Positions 1-13,210 of a DNA stretch of 64,000 nucleotides are shown here, piece after piece. The stretch spans positions 102,548,001 to 102,612,000 of the forward strand of contig OX597816.1 of assembly GCA_951406725.2 (NCBI GenBank), given 5' to 3'. A program made the translations under genes and the position numbers. The notes beneath the pieces are model-generated. The model was not told the origin of the DNA. It did no database searches and saw only the letters and a program-made list of their open reading frames with translations. This DNA comes from Octopus vulgaris (taxonomy: Eukaryota). How positions within the stretch are numbered: the first letter of the stretch is position 1; every line of letters begins with the position of its first letter.

Positions 1-610
1 ATGATAAGGTTGCTACAATAATACAGTGGAATTTTTGCTGGTAATTTGATTTTGTATTCACAGAAAAATTGTAATAATTTTATGGAAATAGAAATGTAAG
101 TCCTCGAAAACTATGAAGAGAGGTCGCTGTGGGGCTTTCCGATACAAACCAAAAGAAGAATAGAGCACAACATGCCGGATATTAACAACAATAAGAAACT
201 AAGTATTGTAATCGACGTGGCAAGCCTGTTAACACCTGAGTAAAAAAAAATGGAAATAGAAAAAAGTAGAGTATTATACCGATTTGAAGTATGAAATACT
301 CAAGTACTGGAACAAACAAGTTAACAAGGTCATGAGCTTCACAGTTATCTTTGGGGCCGTGGGAACAGTGACAAAATGTCTGAGAACTAACCTTGAAAGT
401 CTTGATCTTCACCTGGGAATAATGCCTTGCAAAAACGTCTACTTGATACAGCAAGAAAAATGCCGTCAATACAATGTAGAGCAGTAACACAATGAAGTAC
501 AGAAAAATCTCTTTGCAAAATTTAGTCAATATTCTTCCTTTCAGACTACTTATTGTAGTTCAATAGTAAACATGATTAACTTAAAATTCCATGAAGCAAC
601 ATAGTTCATT
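1..610 (+). mobile_element. Degenerate 3' end of R4/Dong-type non-LTR retrotransposon (restriction-like endonuclease domain) ending in (TAA)n
   Basis: Frame-shifted translation gives DKVATIIQWNFC, LWGFPIQT..IEHNMPDI, IVIDVAS, YTDLKYEILKYW, VIFGAVGTV, matching the RHD..HW / PD..D..K RLE motif series of R4-clade elements; followed by (TAA)n at ~610. Confidence 0.75.
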
Positions 611-622
611 AATAATAATAAC

Positions 623-685
<63 letters not shown>

Positions 686-1180
686 GCATTGGCTCGCATG
701 GCTTCTGATTTTAACTGACTGGCAGTGTTATCTTGTACATGTTTTGCTTTGGCATAAAAGATGGGCTACAACAAATATTCTGCTCAATAACACAAATTTG
801 CTTGTCAGTGGTTTTATCTTAACCAGTTGAGCATGTCCTTTGGTGACTGACGATATGTGCATCTCTGATCACCAGCAGTAGTGGGGAGCATCATAGCTAT
901 GTGCTGAGAAGAATTCTTTGGAGTTCAACATTTCGTTCAATATTCTTAAACAGCCCTTATTCAAGGACCATTTGAGCAGGATGGCATACTCGACCTGAAG
1001 AAAATTCTAACTGGGCCCCACCTGCAAGGACATGCGCTGTTTATCTTGATATGAGATCACCATGTTGCGCACATATGGTTGTGATGCATATGCTTGGTGT
1101 CCCCTTACCAGACGGGTATACTGGACTTTGTATATTTGATCCCAGTGTCATTTTGATGGCATGCACTGCTCGTTCACTCA
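686..1180 (+). mobile_element. ~540-bp non-coding interspersed element, copy 1 (slightly 5'-truncated), embedded in (TAA)n
   Basis: Colinear with 16551-17087 and 17896-18434; all end ...CACTC(AAT)n. Confidence 0.85.
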
Positions 1181-1214
1181 ATAATAATAATAATAATAAT
1201 GATGATAATGGTTT

Positions 1215-3085
1215 CTTTATTAGACATCATGGCTCAAACAAAATTGAAGACAGTACAAGTTAATATCGCCAGCATATGCGGACACGGCTCTTCTAAAGGA
1301 ATGCTCCTCAGAGCCACCAGTTTCCGTTGCAATTGATTTAAAGTTAGTAAATAGTGAGGGGATGAGTACATGAATCGTACTGATTTCAATAAGTGGCCAT
1401 TTAATTTGACTTCCGAGCAAATGTCTTTGAACATTTGAATGAAAAGAACGAAACTGATCGCCGTGAGGACAGTTGGCATTCAACAAAAGCTTACTGGAAA
1501 GCTTTCGTCCGATCCAAACTGATGAGGACCCCGCTGAAACCAGGTTGTTATCCTCCCTGCCTGCGATATATCGCATGAAATGGAGGGTGTGTAGATGGAT
1601 CTGTTCGAGATCATGCAAATTTAGGTTTTCTCGCTTTAAAATCTGCACTCAGTAAAAGTATGGGCTAGAAATGTATAATTACCTACTTCATACATTCGAT
1701 CAGTCTCTCTTCATTAGCTGTATTAATTTGCAGTTCACAGACATGAAAGTTCCCCATTCTGCCTAATACAATGAACATGTACCAAGAAGTTGGCGAACAA
1801 ATTTGGCATACATACTTAAAGTTCATAGGGCAGACTATCCAAACCAAGTGATTTGTTCCCTGCACTACAGTTGCTGTGTATCGGCCTTTCTTAGTATTCG
1901 CATAATCTGCCAAAAATTGCAGCTGGCCAGCGAAGTAGGCATGAAAGTTCATTATGGTCTCCATTTCACTGTTCATATCAAACAGTTGAGTAAAATGTTG
2001 CTGGAAAACCACACATTTCCTTTGAATTGAATTGTACACGGACGTCTCCGGTTCAGATTATGTATTTGTGCCACGCAACGTCTCTACTATTTGAGCACAT
2101 CGAACGGCTTTCGTTCCTTCACGTCTTAGAGAATGTGGCTTAACTTCGACAGCGCAACTTTCATGTTACGCGTTCAAGAAACGGCCCAGATCCATTATCA
2201 CTGCGAGCTCGTCGGTCACAAGGCTTTTTCTTATCGCCTCTTCTAACTTTCTCCCTTGATTCCCCCGAGAATCTATTATCTTTTTTTGCTTTTTCTTTGC
2301 TAATCTCTAACCCAGTGTTTCTCAACCATTCTTTACCTACCGACCTTTTGATTCCCGTTTTACTCTACCAGGTCTTCATAACCATTTGATGTTTAGATAA
2401 TCCTATTATATTTTTTATAATTAAATAATTATTAGAAATTGTATTTAAAAAAGGTTGTTGAAATATTTTATGTATCGTAGAAGAATAACCCATTTATTGC
2501 ATATAAATTTTAACAATAAAATCTAACAGACCCACCCACAAAGGTCACATGGACCCTAGTTGAGAACCAGTGCTCAAATCAATTCTAATCTAACCGTCTT
2601 TTTTAGAGTTCATCAGCACAAATTATTGACAAACACTCTTATCAATCACTTTTTTCACCAGTCTGGTAATCTATATAGTCAACTAGTTGAAACTGAAGAC
2701 GCTCAATACTATTTCTATTCACTGGCCTCAAAGGAAAGTGTACTATCTAGGTACTGAATGGTGCAATGTGTTTGCTCCATGTCCATACTTGGCAAATTTG
2801 GGATGTCCATTCAGTATCTGTCAGGCAGTTGGATACTTCTGAGCAGCTTTGCAAGGTTATTGCCTACCCTCTCCTATTAGCTAGCATCACACGATCTCAG
2901 CGTGCATCTAAAACACTATTCCATACCTGGCACAAGATCAAATTTTGTCAATTGAATCGTTTCCGAATACTCGACGAGCATTCATTTTATCGACATGTAA
3001 AGAGATGTATCAAAATACTGTCTCTGACACTCAACCGATTCTGTCATAGCACCTCGTGAAAACAGAAGATCAGCACCACAACGAT
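1215..3085 (-). mobile_element. Degenerate Tx1/L1-like LINE ORF2 fragment (APE endonuclease to RT), split by a hAT MITE
   Basis: Minus-strand remnants: WNSVLDAR, WTWS..YLD (APE region, 2740-2940); FQQHFTQLF, LHFMRYI, SEVKLNGHL, VSAYAGDINL (decayed YADD) in 1250-2010; many stops and frameshifts. Confidence 0.7.
2313..2572. mobile_element. Non-autonomous hAT (Charlie-type) MITE
   Basis: TIRs CAGTGTTTCTCAACC / AGTTGAGAACCAGTG; imperfect 8-bp TSD CTCTAACC / CTCAAATC. Confidence 0.75.
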
Positions 3086-3087
3086 TG

Positions 3088-3425
3088 TTTCTAATATTGG
3101 TACAAGGCCTGAATTTCGAGGATGAAATCGACCCTAGTGCTTGACGGTTCTTAGTTCTTTACACCCTGTAGAGATGAAAGATAAAGTTGGCTATGGCGGG
3201 ATTTGAAATCCGAAAGAAAAGAGCCGGAAGGTTTTTTTTCTTTTGTTCGATTCTTTCTCAATTCTGCCAATCAACAACTTTACATTCATAATTATTTCAA
3301 AGTTTTGCCACAAGGGCAGCTTGAGGGAGGTGAGGATGTGTCGATTACATAGACCCCAGTGTTCAACTGGTACTTATCTTTTCGACCCCGAAAGGGTGAA
3401 AGGCAAAGTCGACCTCGGCGGAATA
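3088..3425 (-). mobile_element. Two decayed fragments of tRNA-derived SINE family A
   Basis: Similarity to 27828-28041 (CAAGGCCTGAA...GACCCCAGTG...GAAAGGCAAAGTCGACCTCGGCGGAAT). Confidence 0.65.
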
Positions 3426-3597
3426 CTTTACATTAATCTATTATATTTTTTTCTTTCTAACATTCGTACGAAACTCACATTGGTACAAATCCTAATTAAC
3501 TGATGATGCTAATGGTGCTGATGATGAGGATGATGATGATATCTGTTATTTGTTACAGGAGCATAAATAGTGGTGGTGGTGGGGGCATCACAAGTTC

Positions 3598-4135
3598 AGT
3601 ACACCTTAGCCAAAATTTTAAAATCCGCATTTAACAGGATTATGGACCGGAAATTGTCAATAATATTCCGTTTGTTAGCGTCCTTTCCCAATAACGTTAA
3701 CACACCCCGGCTCACAGAATTGGGAATTCTGCGTTTAGCTGTCAGATGTGATAGAGTTGCTGTATGTTGTCGAGGTAGGTATTGAAGTCCATAGTCCTCT
3801 GTGACTCATCGCATTTACTGATGATTTGAGCGAAGTGCTGCTAGAAAGCTGCACACACTTGGTTGGAATCACGCAGTATTCTCCCATCCTGACCTGTCAA
3901 AGACTAAATTATGACTCTACCATCCGAGCCCATCGAACAATTTTCGTTCCTTTTTGCTTTAGCGCACGAGCTCTAGCCCTAACAACGCAGCCTTTGTGTT
4001 TCGCTTTGAACAAATGGTCGAGAGCCATTTCAACCTCTACCACGATGTCGCAATGTCATTTCTGATCGTCTCTTCTAGATTATTAACTAACTCCTCCTCT
4101 AATCTAATTCTCTCTATCACTAGCTCTTTACTAAA
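3598..4135 (-). mobile_element. Second Tx1/L1-like LINE ORF2 fragment (internally deleted)
   Basis: Minus strand reads IPNSVSRGVLTLLGKDANKRNIIDNFRSIILLNADFKILAKVY, a typical L1-clade RT N-terminal motif (NyRPIsLLN.DyKIlaKv); CAAF*QHFAQ parallels the 1215-3085 copy. Confidence 0.75.
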
Positions 4136-4320
4136 TGCTGTTGACTCATATTTAATTGTTACTGATTATAATGATGATGAAGATTTCTTACACCAACACA
4201 ACGTTAATAATGAAGCAAATGACAGCGTCGTAGGCGATGGTAATGCGGTGGCGTGAGATTGGAGGGTTATGTGTGACAGAAAATAAAAGGGAAAATTATA
4301 ATATTACAAAAATAGCACAC

Positions 4321-4366
<46 letters not shown>

Positions 4367-4499
4367 ATGCTCCATATATCTGCAAAAAATACAATAAACT
4401 GTAGAAATAAAGAAAGAATCAAACAACTCCTGTCTTGTGACTTTCATCTTTAAAGTCTAAAGCATAAATCATACGAAATAGCTTCCTTAATTTTAGATT

Positions 4500-4870
4500 A
4501 TTTCTTCAGTATTCAGCAAGCACAACGCATACAACAAAACTAGCGGCAAACACAAGTACACCAAAACCACCACTACCACCACCACCACCACCACCACCAC
4601 CACCACCACCATTAATAACATTAACAACAGCAATAACAATAACAGCAACAACAACGAACAAGCATGGCCATAACACCAGCATGAAGAGTAGTGGCAGTAG
4701 CAGGAGGAGCAGCAAAAGCGGTGGTGGTTTTAGCGACAGAGACGACAACTGCAGCAAGAACAACAGAAACCACAAACAAATAAGCAATCACAATAACGAT
4801 AGTGGACGACACGAAACTACAATCAAAGCCAGAATAACAACAATGATGACGACAACGACAAGAAACAAGA

Positions 4871-4904
<34 letters not shown>

Positions 4905-5139
4905 TACAACAACAACAATACACAACTACCAACAAAGAAAGCGAGAAGAAGCGATCCTTTGATTTCCGTTCTTGTCTATCTGACGTGGCATAATGGCGGC
5001 ATCTAAACTGCAAAATCACATGATTTCGTTTTCTTTCTATCCATCTCGGTTTTTTTGTTTTTCTTTATCTTTCTTTGTCTCACCAACTCTTTCGCTGTCT
5101 CTTCCACTCCCTCACTTTCCCTTCTCTCTATACTCCCTC

Positions 5140-5180
<41 letters not shown>

Positions 5181-5825
5181 ATATATATATATACTCACAC
5201 ATCCAATGCTCCTCTCTTTTTTCCAAGTTTCTCCCATATCTCTGTATCTATGTCTCTCTTAGTCTTTGTGCTTCAACCTTTTCGCTTTCTCCACCGTCTC
5301 TCCCTCTCTAGGATTCTATATGCCTTCATGTAACTACACCCCTGCTTTCTCTCCCAATAGCTACCTTTATTTCTGTCTCTACCTTTCCTCAATTCTTTCT
5401 TTTCTTCATGTTTCTCTCACACATCCTTTGTCTTTCCCCGTCTAGATGTCTTTATTCATCAGCCTTTCCTTCTTCATTGTCGTAACCCCTTTCTCTCTTT
5501 GTCACTTAGTTACCTATCTCTCTCTCTCTCGCTCTCTCTCTATCTCTCTCTCTCTCTATCTATCTCTTTCTCCCTCCATCCCATCTCAGTATATCTCAAT
5601 CGTTGTTCAGCTATCTGTCTTTATTCTTTTCTCTTCTTAACACTATCCATATCTCTTTTTATTTTATATATTTTTGTATATCATTATGTTCCCTCCTCTT
5701 TTCTCTCCCTGTCTCTCTCGTTCCTTATACATACATACATACATACATATATATATATATACATATCTGCATATACACAAACATACACATGCACACACAC
5801 CTCCACACTTATTCAAACATACATG

Positions 5826-5877
<52 letters not shown>

Positions 5878-6554
5878 TATATAAAGAGGAGGAGAGAAAC
5901 GGGAGGGAGAGAGACAAATAGATATTTCTCATTCAAAATATTTTCTCACACATTTTCTTTGTCCATATATTCTCTCTTACCCTCCCCCCCTCTCTCTCTC
6001 TCTCTCGCTTCTCTCACTCTCTCTCTCTCAGTCTTTCCTCTCAGATATTCCTTCGGCCGATAAATGATTTGTGGGGAATATTAAACAATATAGTTGGATG
6101 ATGGGAATGGCTAGGGCGAGTGACGGGGGTAAGGAGTTTGTGAATATACATTGAGTGGTGAGATTTCGAAAACGGGTAGGGCAGGAGGAGAGGTAAACAT
6201 CGTGTTTTTCTTTTTGCTGTTGTCGTCATCATCATCATCATCATCATCATTGTGGTGGTTGTTGTTATTATTTTCGATAAAGTTGGAGAAATTAAGGTTG
6301 GAACGGTGCTGATGACAGCAACGTCGACGACAGTTAGCATGACAATAAAGATGGCGGTGGTGGCAGTGGTGTTGGTGATGATGATGATGATGATGATGAT
6401 GAAGGGAAAGAAGAGGAGGGGGGAAAAGAAGAGGAAGAAGAAAAAGAGAAAGAAGAATGGCGCTGGTGGTGGTGGTGGTGATGATGATGAAGAGAAGGAA
6501 GAGAAGGAGAAGAAAAAGAAGAGGAGGTGGTAGTGGTGGTGGTGGTTGTGGTTG

Positions 6555-6587
<33 letters not shown>

Positions 6588-7455
6588 GGTGGTGGTGATA
6601 GTAGATAATTGTAATGATGATAGCGGCGACGGTAGCAATGGGGATGACAAAGATGGTCTTGATGTTGATGGTTATGTTATTGAAAACAATTTAGATGATG
6701 ATGACGAAGTAGACGAAGAAGATGAGGAGGAGGAAGAAGAAGAAGAAAAAGCTTCATGATGATGACGATGACTATGCTGACGATGGTTGGTGGTCGCTGA
6801 TTATGATGATGGAGGTGGTGATGATGGAGTTGATGAGGAGAGCTAATATAATGTGTGTGTGTTTGTGTGTGTATGTGCGTGTGTGTTTGTACATTAAGTG
6901 TTATCTCATTTTAAAAAAGTATTTTCGTCTTTTCTGTAGTTTTCTTTCCTTTTATTTTTAGTTAATAACCCATCTTTGTTTTCCATCATCTTCGTCATCG
7001 TAATTCTCCTCTTCTTCTTCATCTTCTTTCTCCTCCCCATTCTCTTCATCACACAAATCCATTCCATCCGCCACCTTCGTCTCCTCCTCCTCCTCCTCGC
7101 CGCCGCCGCCACAACTACCACCATCTTTTCTTCCTCCTCCTCCTCCTTCCTTCAAATGAGTTTTTTTTTTTTTTAAGGAACATAACTTCAAAAGAATACA
7201 TTATCTTTAAAAAACATTGGAAGATGACTTTAGAACGAAGATATCCGCACATACATGCACATAAACGAGTTATTACAAATTCACACAAACACACACTCAC
7301 ATGCACGCGCGCGCACACACGCACATATATATACATACACGCATACACCCTTACCTACATATATAAAGAAACTTATATCCATGCACGTACACACTCATGC
7401 ATATTTATATACATTAGTGTACAGACATACACATGGGCGCACATGCATACCAACG

Positions 7456-7486
<31 letters not shown>

Positions 7487-7527
7487 ATATATATATATAC
7501 ACATACAAGTATATACAAATATATATA

Positions 7528-7571
<44 letters not shown>

Positions 7572-7599
7572 CAAGTATATACAAATATATACATCTATT

Positions 7600-7649
<50 letters not shown>

Positions 7650-7680
7650 GATGCATATGTACATAAACATACATGCATAC
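4500..7680. repeat. Compound low-complexity tract: cryptic (CAA/CAC), (CT)n, (CA/TA)n, (GAT/GGT/GAA)n
   Basis: Directly visible; ORFs here are homopolymeric amino-acid runs. Confidence 0.9.
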
Positions 7681-7694
7681 ATATGTATTCTTTT

Positions 7695-7873
7695 GTACTC
7701 TAAGCACAAGGCCCGAAATTTTGGGGAAGGGGACCAGTGAATTAGATCGACCCCAGTACGCAACTAATACTTGATTTATCAACCCTGAACGGATGAAAGG
7801 CAAAGTCGACCTCGGTGGAATTTGAACTCAGAACCTAAATACAGACGAAATACCGCTAAGCATTTTGCCGCCT
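7695..7873 (-). mobile_element. tRNA-derived SINE family A
   Basis: Minus strand carries B-box GAGTTCAAATTCC and central GACTTTGCCTTTCATCC..GATAAA..AAGTA block; homologous to other copies. Confidence 0.85.
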
Positions 7874-8309
7874 TACATACATATATGTTCAGATAAGCAC
7901 ATGTATATACTCATATACATTTATATATATATATGTGTGTATACACACACACACACACATATATGTAGCTATATCTATATCTATATATGTATATAAGCAT
8001 ACATACTTATATATAGATGTACAGGTCCATGCACAAAATTTAGAGATCAAAATTTAGAGATACAGTTTTAGATGTAGAAATATGTGCAACTTTAATCAGA
8101 TACACATAAATACGAATTTTCAACGCATGCACATATATACCTAGAAACATAAATTCATGTATATGTATATATATGAATACAGACATGCAGAATTACATAG
8201 ACACAACATACATACATACACGAAATAAATGAAAATTATATTATGACTTCAATTGAAAGAATAGACGTTTCTGCATGTGTGTGTATGCATATATATATAT
8301 ATATGTATG

Positions 8310-8376
<67 letters not shown>

Positions 8377-8379
<3 letters not shown>

Positions 8380-9175
8380 AGGGAATTTCAATGCCAGAGC
8401 CTAAGTCTGTGAGGGAACTGGGTATCTACATGAGTGATGAAACCTCTTTCCAAGTGCACATTGCCAGGATGGCGACAAAGTGCAGACGACTGGCTGGGTG
8501 GATCCTAAGAACATTCAGAACCAGAGATAAGGAAACCATGATGGTCCTCTGGCGGACATTCGTCCTCAGCCGCCTGGATTACTGCTCACAGCTATGGTCA
8601 CCCACCAGTGTAAAATTAACAGCGGACCTTGAAGCAATCCAGAGAAAATTCACAAAGAAGATCGTCGCTTTGCAACAGCTCGGCTACTGGGAAAGGTTGA
8701 AACAGCTAAGACTCTACTTCCCGGAGAGAAGACGGGAGAGGTATGCAGTAATATATATCTGGAAGATCCTGGAAGGAATTGTGCCAAATTTTGGCATTAT
8801 AAGCTACATCAATGCTAGAACGGGACGACACTGCATAGTGCCAAAGATCCCAGCAATGCCATCATGCTTCAGGACCAGCTTCTGCAACAGCCTGGGTTTC
8901 AAGGGCCCACAGCTTTTTAATATTCTCCCAAAGAGTCTGAGGAACTTGCACAAAGTAGATGTAGCGGTTTTTAAATCAAAGCTGGACATCTTCCTGTCGA
9001 GAGTCCCAGATGAACCTACCTCACGGCAAGAGGTGCAAATGAGAGTAGCTATATCAAACTCCATTCTTCACCAAGTGCCACATATTAGACGAGGTTCTTC
9101 GCAATAACAGTGTAGCACAAAACGGCGGTGCATCAGCATGGCCGCAGCTCTGAGCTGAAACTAGAGAGAAAAAAT
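8377..9175 (+). mobile_element. 5'-truncated CR1-like LINE (C-terminal part of ORF2 plus 3' UTR) inserted in (TA)n
   Basis: Open frame RELGIYMS..GWILRTFRTRD..SRLDYCSQLWSP..LEAIQRKFTK..YWERLKQL..ERRRERYAVIYIWK..FKSKLDIFLSRVPDEP; paralog at 43384-43995. Confidence 0.9.
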
Positions 9176-9293
9176 GTATATGTATATATATGTATATATA
9201 TATATATATGTATATGTATATGTATGTGTATATATATATATATGTATATGTATATACACATATGTATATGTATGTATATGTATATCTGTATAT

Positions 9294-9353
<60 letters not shown>

Positions 9354-9374
9354 GTATATATATATATGTATATA

Positions 9375-9439
<65 letters not shown>

Positions 9440-9446
9440 GTGTGTG

Positions 9447-9615
9447 TGTTTGTGTTTGTCCCCCCACCATCGCTTGACAACCAATGTTGGTGTGTTTACG
9501 TCTCCATAATTTAATACTAGGCTTACAAAAAATAAATCCTGGTGTCGATTTGTTCGACTAAAGGCGTGCTCCAGCACGGCCGCAGTCAAATGACTGAAAC
9601 AAGGAAAAGAGTAAA
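9447..9615 (+). mobile_element. SINE family B, 3' half
   Basis: GTGTTTGTCCCCCCACCATCGCTTGACAACC...GCAGTCAAATGACTGAAAC matches the full copy at 55990-56398. Confidence 0.85.
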
Positions 9616-10029
9616 ATAATATATATATATATATTTATATGAGAGAGAGAGAAAGAGAGAGAGCGGGAAAGGAGAGAGAGACAGACGGACAAAGAGGAAG
9701 TGAGAGAGAGAGAGAGAGGGTTAGCAAGAGTGTTGCGGTGAGAGAGAAATTAGCATTGAAAGAAGTGTATGTGAATATGTCGAGGATTGGCTAGGGTAGT
9801 GGGTAGGTGTTATGGACGAATTAGTTGGTATTATAGCGTAGATATAGTACTTGTTGACCTCGCTAAGAATATTCACACCAAATTTATGCAAGCATATATA
9901 TATATATACATATGCATGTATGTATGTGTCTCTATGTGTATGAATCGGTTATTGTGTATATGCATCCACATATATATGTATGTATGTATAAAAGAATACA
10001 GAATCTTGGTGTTCTGCGTTACACTTATA

Positions 10030-10352
10030 CTATTTTACTCTTTTGCTTGTTTCAGTCATGTGACCGTGGCCATGCTGGAGCACCGCTTTTAGTCGAGCAA
10101 ATCGACCCCAAGACTTATTCTTTGTAAGCATAGTACTTATTCTATCAGTCTCTTTTGATTGACACACAAACACACATATGCACATTTATACGACGGGCTT
10201 CTTTCAGTTTCCGTTTACAAAATCCACTCACTAGGCTTTGGTCGGCCCGAGGCTATAGTAGAAGACACTTGCCCAAGGTGCCACGCAGTGGGACTGAACC
10301 CAGAACCATGTTCGTACACAAGCTACTTAATACACAGCCACTTCTACGCCTA
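10030..10352 (-). mobile_element. SINE family B (internally deleted)
   Basis: Reverse complement of the head (GGTTCAGTCCCACTGCGTGGCACCTTGGGCAAGTG) and tail of family B. Confidence 0.85.
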
Positions 10353-10384
10353 TGAATTATTTTTATACCTCTTACAGTATATTT

Positions 10385-11040
10385 AATATGCGGAAAACTC
10401 CGAGGGTATTTGCTCTACGGACCGTTTCGCAGTTTGCTGGCGTCCCCTCAAAGAAGACGTATCTGATTTCTTTCCTCAACCGGCAGTCTTAAAAATTCAG
10501 ATACTATACAAAGCAGTCATAAGTTAAGCTACTACCATAGTAGGCAGCTTAATTTGTATATTTTTGTTTTTGATGACTCGTCAATAATTAAAAAAGATAT
10601 GCACAACAGTGTGTGAATCAGAACACCTGGCTGTGAGAGGAAACAACAACAATGCAAGCATTTTTCATCTATGCTTTCGGTGGGCGGGAAAATGAAAGGC
10701 AGTCTGTTGGTGAACAATTTCGCAGTTATTCTTACCACTTTTCAGAGAAAATGCATCTGATTTTCATTCCCAGTCGATTGAATATATACTATTTATCAGA
10801 AAAGCATATCTAATATTTAATTAATGACGGATTTTCAAAATCAAAATGTTGCTTTATATGGTGGTTTATTGTTCTATGCTATTGATTAGGGATACAAATT
10901 GTGCACATTTTCTCTAAGGAATGATCAACAGATTGCAAATCGGTCCTTTGAGAGAATCCCCATATTTTTTCGCAGAACCAGAATTTTGAAGGGATGTATC
11001 TACATTCTTATAATGTGCTTGCATTCTTATAATTTCTAAT
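10385..11040 (-). mobile_element. Probable decayed Penelope-like element fragment with hammerhead-like terminus
   Basis: Minus strand has a Cys-containing remnant (CEKIW..KMCTIC) and a terminal ...TGAGGGGACGCCAGCAAACTGCGAAACGGTCCGTAGAG hammerhead-like motif. Confidence 0.4.
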
Positions 11041-11054
11041 CAAGCTAGGATTTC

Positions 11055-11152
<98 letters not shown>

Positions 11153-12261
11153 ATGTTTATATGTAGTGTTTTCGTTTAGCAAACGTTGTGCTCAATGTAT
11201 ATCTGTATTAGAGACATACAGAGTATATCTCTGTATACTAAAATAGTCAATATAAATGTAAATTATAAAATAGCTGGTTGGTTGGTTGAATTCCCCAGTC
11301 ACGCTTTACATCGTATATAGAGAGAGAGGGGGTGCGAGGGAATAAAGAGGGGATACAGAGAGAGTTAACATAAAAGGTGCAAGATGAGTGCGCACGCTAG
11401 GTTTGATGGCAATGGAGTAAACGAATTTTACACAGTGAGAAAGAATCATAGAGACAAAGAAGGAGGAGGGGTAGAAGGGGAGGAGGGAAATGACATTATT
11501 GCTATGTGAGGAATTATACAAACAAGAAATTTGTTTTATTCAATTTTATTTTGAGATAATTTTTCTTTTGAAAATTGTATTCGACTCCTAATTTTGTAAG
11601 CACCAAGGAATTTGATAGAAGTTAAGATATAATTATTTCCTGTATGCCATATTTCCTGATATTACCAATGGTGGAGAATGTTTACCTCCGAATCATTTGA
11701 CAAATAACACTGTAGTTAAATGCATACAAGTACAACACCGACTTACTAGATACTCATTGTCCGGAGCTTATAATTTGCCCTATTTTACTTGCAGGAACAG
11801 TTTCAATACAACTGGTATCATTTATACTAATGTACAAGTATCTGTATGTCATTTAATTATTCAAGTAAATTTAATATCTATTTAATTTAAAGTGTATTGA
11901 TAAAGGTAACCACCCCTGGTTCTAGAAAATTAGTAGTCCAAAAAGGCTTTAGAACGAAAGTTTCAGGAAACCCAATGTCGTACATGTATAAATGTTGCGA
12001 TTTTCTCGATCAATTACGCTTCTTTTCAGTTAACACAATCTTCAACAAGACGAAAGGTATGGAAACAAATAAATGAACACCAATATTTAAAAATTCACTA
12101 TTTTCATAATATGGTACATTCCATATAATGGTGTAAATTTAGTGAATAACGAATGCAAAGAAACATTCAACTATTTACAACTTTCAAAATTTAATATTTG
12201 TATATCGAAGTATTAGGTAAAAACTATCACACACACACACATACACACACTTGCACGCATG

Positions 12262-12356
<95 letters not shown>

Positions 12357-12814
12357 ATATATACACACATACACCTCTATGTATACACACATGCACTCAA
12401 TTGAAATTAGTTATGAAATATATCGTTATCAGTAAGGAAGTACACGTGGTAACCTACTCTATTTTCTGTTATTAGTATCCAACTTCAAAAGTACGATATG
12501 GAACGATTAGTAAGATTATGAAAAATAAATAATCATTGTTATCAGTGTTTCATACTTAATACTTATATACACCACATAACCAAGATATATACACCACTGT
12601 ATATACACCGTATAGCCGAGATACTGCGGCTTTCATCCGAGATATAATCTCTTACGGATGTTCTGTATTTAAAAACCACAGAGAGAGAGACAAAAAATCG
12701 TTGTGCAATCGGTTAGCAAGAACGCCAGATGCAGTTTTGTCTTCTTAGGTTTTGACGATGGCGTGTACAAGCAACTACATGCCTGAACGAGAGTCTTTTA
12801 TTCTTTTATTTTAT

Positions 12815-13210
12815 TATTTTATTTGTTTCAGTCAATTGACTGCGGCCATGCTGGAGGACCGCCTTTAGTCGGACAAATCGACCCCAGGACTTATTCTTTG
12901 TAAGCCTAGTACTTATCTTATTGGTTTCTTATGCCAAACCGCTAAGTTGCGGGGACGTAAATACACCAACATCGGTTGTCAAACGATGGTGGGGGGGACA
13001 AACACAGACGCACAAACATAGATACATACATACATATATATACGACAGGCTTCTTACAGTTTTCGTCTGCCAAATCCACTCACAAGGCTTTGGGGGGCCA
13101 GAGGCTATAGTAGAAGAAATTTAATTGCCCAAGGTGCCACGCAGTGGGACTGAACCCGGAACCATGTGGTTCGTAAGCAAGCTACTTACGACACAGCCAC
13201 CCCTACGCCT
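12815..13210 (-). mobile_element. SINE family B, full length (tRNA head, CORE-like segment, internal microsatellite, LINE-like tail)
   Basis: Minus strand starts AGGCGTAGGGGTGGCTGTGTCGTAAG (A box), GGTTCAGTCCC (B box), CACCTTGGGCAA (CORE-like), ends ..GACTGAAAC. Confidence 0.9.

Noticed and set aside
1517-1550. CTGATGAG...GAAAC hammerhead-like spacing
   Set aside because: Stem II is at most 2 bp, stems I and III are not supported, and it is the antisense of a Tx1-like RT coding remnant.
4506-7191. Poly-T/H/E/K/G-rich ORFs resembling low-complexity proteins
   Set aside because: Overlapping ORFs on both strands arise from trinucleotide slippage; no domain or splice structure supports them.
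8277-9107. 276-aa ORF as a host gene
   Set aside because: The N-terminus is translated (TA)n and the remainder is a truncated LINE ORF2 lacking the RT core.
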